NCBI GenBank assembly: GCA_020854065.1
Contig: JADZGF010000003.1
Coordinates: 96,913-160,912, forward strand
DNA: 64,000 nt
Source: Candidatus Nomurabacteria bacterium
Lineage (GTDB): Bacteria; Patescibacteriota; Minisyncoccia; Phycocordibacterales; SBAW01
Direction of reading: 5' to 3'
The notes under the pieces are model-generated. The model was not told the DNA's origin. It saw nothing but the letters and a program-made list of their open reading frames with translations, and ran no database searches. Position 1 is the stretch's first letter, and each line of letters opens with the position of its first letter. Below are positions 1 to 7,262 of this stretch, in pieces. A program made the translations under genes and the position numbers.

Positions 1-37
1 GATGCTCTTGCCACAATTTGTTGAGCTCAGAATTCAT
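1..37 (-). CDS. 5' end of a gene running off the window (MNSELNKLWQEH...)
   Basis: ATG at 37 (-) preceded 7 nt upstream by TATAAT (45-50, - strand); open to the window edge. Confidence 0.5.
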   Translation of the reverse strand, partial: MNSELNKLWQEH

Positions 38-182
38 AACAGTAATTATACCTCCTCAGGAAACTTCCTAAGCTGTTGCCACTGGTATAGAGTTCCATCA
101 TTAAATTTGTAATCAATAAAACATCTGCTATATTGTGGTGGGCTCTGGCATAGTGTCGGAGCATGCATCACACGGTGAGAGC

Positions 183-365
183 ATGGGGAAGAAAAGGCAT
201 CTGCACAGTACAAAGCGTTTGAGCCGACCCAAGCACAATAAAAAGAAAGGTCGGATCCACTATTACGTTACGGCCGAAAACAAGGTCAGCATTGCTCCTC
301 CGCAGGAGAAAAGGGATATTCTTTGGGGCAGCGATCGAGAGTATCGCTCCCACGTCAATATTTGA
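183..365 (+). CDS. small basic hypothetical protein (60 aa)
   Basis: MGKKRHLHSTKRLSRPKHNKKKG...; fills the gap before the next gene; no recognised motif. Confidence 0.35.
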   Translation: MGKKRHLHSTKRLSRPKHNKKKGRIHYYVTAENKVSIAPPQEKRDILWGSDREYRSHVNI

Positions 366-378
366 TACACTTGCCCGC

Positions 379-1413
379 ATGATGCGTTATGCGGGCATAT
401 TCTTTTGCGGGGTAGTGTTTGGTGTCGCTCTTTCTTTAATTTTTAAGGATCTGGGTGTAGCGCCACTCCAACTTTATGACGAAGGTACCTATGCACAGGT
501 GGTTGCCGAAAGTATCGCGCGGGGTGATTTTCTAACCTTTACCTATCAGGATCAATTGTTTTTTGATAAACCACCGCTCTATTTTTGGCTTGCCGGTATT
601 GCTACCGTTTTAACCGGGGATCCGGTTTTAGGCATCCGGTTACCTGCCGCGCTTGCGGCGATTGGAGTAGTGGCGATGGTTATGGTGCTTGCGCATCACT
701 GGTCACGTAATTATCTCACTGCGGCGCTTGCGGGTGGTCTTCTTGTTGCTATTCCGCCGTTTATGGTCGCTTCGCGTGAAGCACGGCTTGATGTACTTAT
801 CACCCTGTTTATCTTGTTGGCGCTCTATGCCGTGCTTACCAGACGTTGGTTTATGTGGGGTGCCATGGTCGCGCTTGCGGTCATGGCTAAAAGCGCCATA
901 GCTCTCTTTGCGATTCTCCCGGCACTTCCTTATATACGGAAGAAATGCTTTTGGCAGGGTTCGCTCGTATCCCTTTCTCTCATCGCCCCATGGCACTTTT
1001 ATGAATGGATACGCCACGGCAACGACTTCTGGTGGAGCTATCTGGGGTATCACGTGCTTGAACGCTACGCCACTAATGTGTTTTATAACCCTAATCTTCA
1101 AACGGACTATTGGGCGCGGTTAAACGAACAAGCGCCACAAGTATTAGGACTCTGTATCCTTATGACCGTGGTCGCGTTTGCACTGTGGCGTGAATTTAGT
1201 ACAGAAGAGCGTCACGCTCTTTTACTTCCGTTTGGATTAGGGGTGTGTATGATTGCACTCTTTTTTAGTGCGCAAACACGAGCGCTTTCATATTTAGTTC
1301 CACTCTATCCAATGGTCGCGCTTTTTGTCGCACTGTCGTGTTCATTCGCCGTTCAGCGCCTCCATGACAGGCTAGGGTATGCAGTATCAAAAAACGACAG
1401 CCGCACTTCTTAG
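379..1413 (+). CDS. ArnT/PMT-like (GT-C fold) membrane glycosyltransferase
   Basis: YDEGTY, DKPPLYFW, IRLPAAL, ARLD and MAK motifs; many TM segments; start moved to ATG 379, 7 nt after TACACT. Confidence 0.85.
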   Translation: MMRYAGIFFCGVVFGVALSLIFKDLGVAPLQLYDEGTYAQVVAESIARGDFLTFTYQDQLFFDKPPLYFWLAGIATVLTGDPVLGIRLPAALAAIGVVAMVMVLAHHWSRNYLTAALAGGLLVAIPPFMVASREARLDVLITLFILLALYAVLTRRWFMWGAMVALAVMAKSAIALFAILPALPYIRKKCFWQGSLVSLSLIAPWHFYEWIRHGNDFWWSYLGYHVLERYATNVFYNPNLQTDYWARLNEQAPQVLGLCILMTVVAFALWREFSTEERHALLLPFGLGVCMIALFFSAQTRALSYLVPLYPMVALFVALSCSFAVQRLHDRLGYAVSKNDSRTS

Positions 1414-2872
1414 CATAACGTTCGCCACAGTTTTGTTCCTTCCTTCATTTGCACACGCCGCCGTGTCCGACTGGATACGAGGCGCATCGATCGTTCCCAT
1501 GGGCACCACCGATCTCTCGAGCGAGAATGCGCAACAATCATTGCGTGACTTAGCAGCAACAGGTGCAACCCACGTATCGTTTGTAGTTCCGTATTATCAA
1601 TCGAATCAATGGGCGACTGACGTGCAGCGGGGATGGAATACTCCCACTGACGAGTCTTTGGGTGCGGCAATAGATCATGCACACTCACTTGGTCTCTCGG
1701 TCATACTCAAAATGCATGTTGAGCCGTATGACGGCGCATGGCGTGCACATATTAACCCTGAGGATCGCGGTGCCTGGTTTAGCGCATATGGTGCTGCAGT
1801 GGTGCACACGGCAACCATTGGCGAAGCACATGGTGCAGAGATGCTCCAGATTGGGTCTGAGTTAGTGTCTATGGCCGCAAGTTCAATGAACAGCACAAAC
1901 ACGGGATATTGGCAGACACTCATTGGTCAGGTGCGAGATGTATATGGAGGAGATTTGGTATATGGAGCAAACTCTAACTCCAATGACAATGATCCGTTTA
2001 ACAACGAAAAGCGGTTCATTGAGTTTTGGGACTCACTCGACTATGTAGGAATTCATCCATATGTTGGGTTAAACAGTGACGATTCAGTCGAGGGTATGAA
2101 GAGTGCGTGGGATTTCTGGAATAATGACGGCATTGGCGCATTTGCACAGTCGGTGGGGAAGCCCGTCATTATTACCGAAGTCGGATATCGCAGCTTAGAT
2201 AACGCACGCCAAGATCCATGGAATTGGAGCAGAGGAGGATCGATTGACCTGCAAGAACAAGCCAATGCATACGACGCATTAATGGAGTACTGGAATGACT
2301 ACCCATATATTCAAGGGGTGATCTTCTGGGAGTGGAGCACGAATCCAAATGCGGGTGGCAACGACACTGCCTACACTCCGCAAAATAAACCAGCTGAAGA
2401 AGTAATGTCGCGATGGTTCGGAAATCCTGTTGCGCCGACAACTACACCAGCAACGACCACGCCACCAGTCGTCGAACCACCAGCTACCACGACTCCAACT
2501 ACGACACCGCCTGTTCCAACTACTCCTCCGGCGACAACAACCCCGACCACTACTCCCGAGCAACCATCTGAACCTACGCCGACAGAAGAAGAGCCAACTA
2601 CGGAACGCACCGATCGTGCACGCATGGATAGACCAGAGCGCACAGTACGTGGTGGTGAGCATCTCGACTTTGTAGGTCGCGAGTTTGGGAGAGAAGAAGA
2701 TATCAACGTCATGCTCAATGGCACACGAGTGCGTGGTGCGTATGCCGATGGTGGTGGAAACTTCTCTACCGGCTCAATGATCGCACCGCACGAACCAGGA
2801 GTGTATACGTATGAGTTTGTAGGGGAGCGCAGTAATGCTACGCAAGAGGTCATAGTTACCGTCACCGAATAA
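1379..2872 (+). CDS. secreted glycoside hydrolase, GH113-like, with Pro/Thr linker and C-terminal beta domain
   Basis: signal peptide ending AHA-A; WRAHI, IGSEL, FWDSLDYVG, ITEVGYRS and YTPQNKPA motifs; PTTTP repeats. Confidence 0.75.
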   Translation: MQYQKTTAALLSITFATVLFLPSFAHAAVSDWIRGASIVPMGTTDLSSENAQQSLRDLAATGATHVSFVVPYYQSNQWATDVQRGWNTPTDESLGAAIDHAHSLGLSVILKMHVEPYDGAWRAHINPEDRGAWFSAYGAAVVHTATIGEAHGAEMLQIGSELVSMAASSMNSTNTGYWQTLIGQVRDVYGGDLVYGANSNSNDNDPFNNEKRFIEFWDSLDYVGIHPYVGLNSDDSVEGMKSAWDFWNNDGIGAFAQSVGKPVIITEVGYRSLDNARQDPWNWSRGGSIDLQEQANAYDALMEYWNDYPYIQGVIFWEWSTNPNAGGNDTAYTPQNKPAEEVMSRWFGNPVAPTTTPATTTPPVVEPPATTTPTTTPPVPTTPPATTTPTTTPEQPSEPTPTEEEPTTERTDRARMDRPERTVRGGEHLDFVGREFGREEDINVMLNGTRVRGAYADGGGNFSTGSMIAPHEPGVYTYEFVGERSNATQEVIVTVTE

Positions 2873-2893
2873 AACACGTTGTATTATTGGTGC

Positions 2894-3763
2894 ATGGATG
2901 TGGCATCGTTGGCAGTGTTTGTACTGCAGCAGTTAGGTATTGTCCTCGGTGTTGGCGCTGAAGCAATCATTGTGTATGTTGCTGCTGCACATTACATTGG
3001 TGCACACCACGGACAACTGCCCGATTTTCACCGACAATCATTAGCGCGCTCTGCTCGGCATGTCCAAGTGGGTGCGCTTTTGCTTATCGCACTCTCTGGT
3101 GCGGCAGCTATAGGTATTCATCTCAATGGAGAGAACATCCAAGCGTTGGCGGAATCTGCGTTTATATATAAATGGATACTGATTGCGATAGTGACTGGTG
3201 CCTTTTTTATCGATCCCTATATTCCATTCCGATATACATGGACTGCGCGAGGGTTTGCCGCTGTCTCGTGGGCATCGCTGTGCATCTTGCACGTGGTTGC
3301 ACCTATTGTGCCGTGGTGGGTTATCGCCCTCGCTCATATATTGTTTGTCGCAATATGGATGGCGCTTTGGCAGGGTGTTGCACGATTGGCACATCCGCCA
3401 GTGGTGAAACCAACACCACCATCTCCACCAAAACCAGTGGCTCCAAAACCTGCTCCGCCACCTCCGCCAAAGCCTGTTCCGCCTCAACCAAAACCCACTC
3501 CGCCGCCACCTCCAAAACCAACACCTCCCCCGGCACCTCTTCCGGTGGTTAAGCCTGTTGAACTTCCTCCTGTTCAACCAAAACCAATGGCTCCACCGCC
3601 GCCTCCACCAAAACCGGTCCCGCCACCTCCGCCAAAACCTGCGCCGGTTGTAGCGCCTGCACAAGACAACAACCCTGATTTACCCGCGATGCGCATTATG
3701 CCCAAGAGTGCACAGGATATTCCGAACCAGTTTCGTAGCGGCGCGGTAGAATTGGGACAGTAA
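2894..3763 (+). CDS. membrane protein with long Pro/Lys-rich C-terminal tail
   Basis: about 5 hydrophobic segments followed by PPKP repeats; ATG 2894 lies 6 nt after TATTAT. Confidence 0.75.
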   Translation: MDVASLAVFVLQQLGIVLGVGAEAIIVYVAAAHYIGAHHGQLPDFHRQSLARSARHVQVGALLLIALSGAAAIGIHLNGENIQALAESAFIYKWILIAIVTGAFFIDPYIPFRYTWTARGFAAVSWASLCILHVVAPIVPWWVIALAHILFVAIWMALWQGVARLAHPPVVKPTPPSPPKPVAPKPAPPPPPKPVPPQPKPTPPPPPKPTPPPAPLPVVKPVELPPVQPKPMAPPPPPPKPVPPPPPKPAPVVAPAQDNNPDLPAMRIMPKSAQDIPNQFRSGAVELGQ

Positions 3764-3775
3764 CAAGACGATCGA

Positions 3776-4390
3776 ATGAAATTTTTTAGTGATCATACGC
3801 CACGGAAGATCTTTGTGCTCGTCGGCCACCCCGACGAGTCGGCAACGCTCACGGCTGAAATGGCGCTTTTGTATGAGACCGCAGCCCGCAAAGCAGGACA
3901 TGAGGTGCGTAAGATGCATCTTGCGAAAATGCACTTTGATCCCATCTTGCATAAGGGATACAAAGCGATTCAGCAACTTGAGCCTGACTTAAAAACATTT
4001 CAGGACAATATAAAATGGGCCGATCATACGGTGATCCTCTATCCCAACTGGTGGTGCACGATGCCCGCACTCTTAAAAGGTCTTTTTGATCGCGCATGGC
4101 TGCCGGGCTTTTGCTTTAATATGCGCAAAGATAAGCAGGGACGACTCACGATGGGGTGGATTAAGCGGCTCAAAGGCAAAAGTGCACGGGTAATAGTGCT
4201 CTCTGGTACGCACCCACTCCTTATCCGTCTTATCTTTGGTGATTACACGAACGAAATCAAAAAGGGCATCCTATGGTTTGCCGGTTTTAAGGTGAAAGTC
4301 ACTCGCATGGGACCAACGGACACAGCGCCTGAGTGGCTTAAAAATGTATGGCGTCGCAAAATGGTGCGCATGGGCACCTTGGGTGAGTAG
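3776..4390 (+). CDS. NAD(P)H:quinone oxidoreductase, flavodoxin-2 family
   Basis: GHP, LEPDL, WADH, YPNWWCTMPALLKGLFDR and LKGK motifs. Confidence 0.9.
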   Translation: MKFFSDHTPRKIFVLVGHPDESATLTAEMALLYETAARKAGHEVRKMHLAKMHFDPILHKGYKAIQQLEPDLKTFQDNIKWADHTVILYPNWWCTMPALLKGLFDRAWLPGFCFNMRKDKQGRLTMGWIKRLKGKSARVIVLSGTHPLLIRLIFGDYTNEIKKGILWFAGFKVKVTRMGPTDTAPEWLKNVWRRKMVRMGTLGE

Positions 4391-4415
4391 GAAAAATAAG
4401 GTATAGTCGTCTCTT

Positions 4416-5357
4416 ATGGCTTTAAGTATAGGTATTGTCGGTCTGCCAAACGTGGGGAAGTCCACGCTTTTTAATGCACTCACCAAAAAGAGTGTCCTCA
4501 TCGCTAACTATCCATTTGCCACGATCGATCCATCAGTCGGAGTGGTGGCAGTACCTGATCCACGTCGCGAAAAGCTTGCTGCGTTCAGCAACTCTAAAAA
4601 AGATGTACCGGCTGCGGTGGAGTTTGTGGATATTGCAGGGTTGGTAAAAGGAGCGAGTGAGGGTGAGGGATTGGGTAACCAATTTTTGCAACACATCCGC
4701 GAGGTTGATGCGATTGCGCACGTGGTACGTATTTTCGACAACCCCAACATTACTTCAACGCAGGAGCATATTGATCCGATGTCAGATATCGAGCTTATTA
4801 ACACTGAGCTTGAGTTGGCTGATTTAAATACTAAGGATCCGGCCATGCATGTAAGCAAGAAGCCGGTGCTCTATGTGTTGAACAAAGAAGCAGGCGGACA
4901 TAATCTTGATGAAGTAAAAGATGGCCGATGGGAGCGGCTTATGGAATTTTTGGCTGATAAAAAGTGGGTAATCGTTGATGCGCATGTTGAGCACGAGCTC
5001 AAAGACTTAGGAGGAGATGATAAACAAAGTTTTCGCCAAGAGTATGGGGTATTTGAGGACGGTATCAATGATTTGATCCGCACTGGCTACGAACTCCTTG
5101 GCCTCATCAGCTTCTTTACCACCGGTGAAGATGAGACTCGTGCATGGACCGTTAAACGGGGCAGCATGGCACCGCGTGCAGGTGCTGCAATCCATAGTGA
5201 TTTTGAAACAAAGTTTATCCGCGCTGAGGTAATTGAATGGGATAAATTGATTGCTGCAGGAAGTCGTGGCAAAGCGCGTGAGTTGGGACAGATTCGCACG
5301 GAGGGTAAAGAGTATGTCGTGAAAGACGGCGACGTCATTGAGTTTTTGCACGGATAG
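4416..5357 (+). CDS. ychF: ribosome-binding ATPase YchF (internally shortened)
   Basis: GIVGLPNVGKST, ANYPFATIDP, DIAGLVKGASEGEGLGN, C-terminal TGS with FFTTG and EGKEYVVKDGD. Confidence 0.95.
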   Translation: MALSIGIVGLPNVGKSTLFNALTKKSVLIANYPFATIDPSVGVVAVPDPRREKLAAFSNSKKDVPAAVEFVDIAGLVKGASEGEGLGNQFLQHIREVDAIAHVVRIFDNPNITSTQEHIDPMSDIELINTELELADLNTKDPAMHVSKKPVLYVLNKEAGGHNLDEVKDGRWERLMEFLADKKWVIVDAHVEHELKDLGGDDKQSFRQEYGVFEDGINDLIRTGYELLGLISFFTTGEDETRAWTVKRGSMAPRAGAAIHSDFETKFIRAEVIEWDKLIAAGSRGKARELGQIRTEGKEYVVKDGDVIEFLHG

Positions 5358-5359
5358 TA

Positions 5360-5383
5360 AAAAGGCGCCCATGGGCGCCTTTT
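5360..5383. terminator. bidirectional intrinsic terminator
   Basis: AAAAGGCGCCC-AT-GGGCGCCTTTT between convergent genes. Confidence 0.85.
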
Positions 5384-5404
5384 GTGTTTGGTGAACGAGC
5401 ATGT

Positions 5405-6217
5405 CTAATCGACAGTCATGGCAGCGCGCTGGATCGACACGTCGAGCGTGCCAAACTGCGCATTGCGACAGAGGAAACCGATGGCCACGTCGATCTCACG
5501 CTTGAGTCGATCTTTGTCCGTCTTTTCTACATACGGCTTTTCCTGGGGAATGGTAAAAGTATCCCGCAGAAACTCCTCGACCGTATTTCTTTGAAGGAAA
5601 TAAGGATCTTGTGCATCGATGGCCTGCTTGAGTTCCTCTTTGGCTGCCCACAAAGGCAAATACCATTGTTCCCAGTACTCCCCCGACAGATTGCGCTGCG
5701 ATCGCAGACACACGAACCCCCATCGTGTGAGTTTTTCAGCTTCGCGGCAGTATCGCTCTGCCGTGTAGTTGTACCCGCACAGATGTTGAATGGTGATACA
5801 GGGCGAACACCACTCAGGCATTGGCTCGATCGAAAAGAGTGAGAGCTGTGTCTCGACTCCTTCTTGGGGTCGACGCCAGAACGGCAGCATCATCTCATCT
5901 TCTGTCGGCCCCGGCAGTTGTTTATAAGTGGGCACGTTTTCGATGCGACCATCTTTGCACGTCACCCAGTGGTGTCCGTGCATTGCTCCTTGCATGAGGT
6001 CGAGCTCTTTGCTGTCGAGCCCATGGATGTCGATATGCAGAGAGTTCCTCTGATGTGAGCCGCCGTAGGAAACAACCCGCACTTTTGGTTGATCGTCCGT
6101 ATCGGTACCGACAGTTTCTTGGTTTGTAGGAGAAGGAATGGTGTTTCTCGTGGTCATTGACTGCTCCGTATGTGCAAATTCCTTTGGCAGGGTAGCAGTA
6201 AGCATCCACAAGTGCAA
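5405..6217 (-). CDS. hypothetical protein (start may be ATG 6157)
   Basis: 270-aa ORF filling the space between a terminator and a divergent gene; no family recognised. Confidence 0.65.
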   Translation of the reverse strand: MHLWMLTATLPKEFAHTEQSMTTRNTIPSPTNQETVGTDTDDQPKVRVVSYGGSHQRNSLHIDIHGLDSKELDLMQGAMHGHHWVTCKDGRIENVPTYKQLPGPTEDEMMLPFWRRPQEGVETQLSLFSIEPMPEWCSPCITIQHLCGYNYTAERYCREAEKLTRWGFVCLRSQRNLSGEYWEQWYLPLWAAKEELKQAIDAQDPYFLQRNTVEEFLRDTFTIPQEKPYVEKTDKDRLKREIDVAIGFLCRNAQFGTLDVSIQRAAMTVD

Positions 6218-6227
6218 CGTGATATTG

Positions 6228-6253
6228 TGTAAGGGTTAACCGTTAACCCCGTC
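6228..6253 (+). promoter_or_regulatory. possible ECF-sigma promoter containing a 17-bp palindrome
   Basis: TGTAAG-N16-CGTC; GGGTTAAC-C-GTTAACCC at 6233-6249. Confidence 0.4.
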
Positions 6254-6265
6254 TTCATCTTTTAT

Positions 6266-7210
6266 ATGGATAAACCTAAAGCAACACCAAAGGATTTCTT
6301 CCTCTGGGCAGGGGCTATGCTCGCACTTTACGCAGGTGTGGTGGCCTTTATTGCCCTTATTTTCGACTATATTAACTACACCTTCCCGAACTCGCTTAAT
6401 TACTATGGCGATCCGTATGCGTCCGCAGCCTACGAGATGGCAGCACTGATCGTGCTTGCCCCAGTCTTCCTTATATTGATGCGGGCGATTCGCCGCGACA
6501 TTGCACGCGATAGCAGCCGCCAAGATATTTGGGTACGCCGCTGGGCGCTCTACCTTACCGTCTTTGTGGCAGGCGCAACGATTGTGATCGACCTCATTAC
6601 CCTCATCTACACCTTCCTTTCGGGCGAGGATCTCACTGCACGCTTCCTTCTTAAGGTATTAGTAGTGCTCCTTGTTGCAGGTGCAGGCTTCCTTCACTTC
6701 TACTCGGATATCAAGGGGTACTGGGTACGTGAGCCGCAGAAAGCAAAAATGGTTAATTGGGGGGTAGCAGTGGTTGTTATCGCCACTATTATCTCCGGTT
6801 TCTTTATCATCGGTACGCCAGGTGATGCGCGCGGATACCGCCTCGATGAGCAGAAGGTAAGTGACCTACAGACCATTCAATGGCAGCTGGTTAACTTCTG
6901 GCAGCAAAAAGAAGTGCTCCCTGCATCGCTCACTGAGCTTAATGATCCGATCTCTGGCTTTATACTTCCCGTTGATCCAGAAACAGGCGAGCCATACCGC
7001 TACGAGCGCACGAGCAACTCATCGTTCCGCCTTTGCGCTACCTTTAACGCTGAGGATCGCTACATTGAGCCAACCTACAGTCGTCCCGTTACCGCTATTC
7101 CTGAGGGAGAGAAGTATGGCGGCGACACATGGGAACACACAGCGGGTGAAGTCTGCTTTGATCGCACGATCGATCCAGAGCGCTACCCACCATATCGCCT
7201 GACTCGCTAA
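6266..7210 (+). CDS. membrane protein, DUF5671-like
   Basis: N-terminal PKDFFL, five TM helices, RRWALYLTVF, RLDEQKVSDL, DPETG.PY.Y...FRLCATF. Confidence 0.75.
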   Translation: MDKPKATPKDFFLWAGAMLALYAGVVAFIALIFDYINYTFPNSLNYYGDPYASAAYEMAALIVLAPVFLILMRAIRRDIARDSSRQDIWVRRWALYLTVFVAGATIVIDLITLIYTFLSGEDLTARFLLKVLVVLLVAGAGFLHFYSDIKGYWVREPQKAKMVNWGVAVVVIATIISGFFIIGTPGDARGYRLDEQKVSDLQTIQWQLVNFWQQKEVLPASLTELNDPISGFILPVDPETGEPYRYERTSNSSFRLCATFNAEDRYIEPTYSRPVTAIPEGEKYGGDTWEHTAGEVCFDRTIDPERYPPYRLTR

Positions 7211-7217
7211 TGACGCA

Positions 7218-7244
7218 GAAGCCCGCTGACAAAGCGGGCTTTTT
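7218..7244 (+). terminator. intrinsic terminator
   Basis: AAGCCCGCT-N-AGCGGGCTT stem followed by a T tract. Confidence 0.75.
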
Positions 7245-7262
7245 CGTGGTATTTTAACGTTC

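Noticed and set aside
2430-3660. Low-complexity repeats (ACNACNCC, CCNCCNAAA) and Arg/Trp-rich antisense ORFs
   Set aside because: They encode Pro/Thr and Pro/Lys linkers of the + strand proteins; not DNA repeat elements
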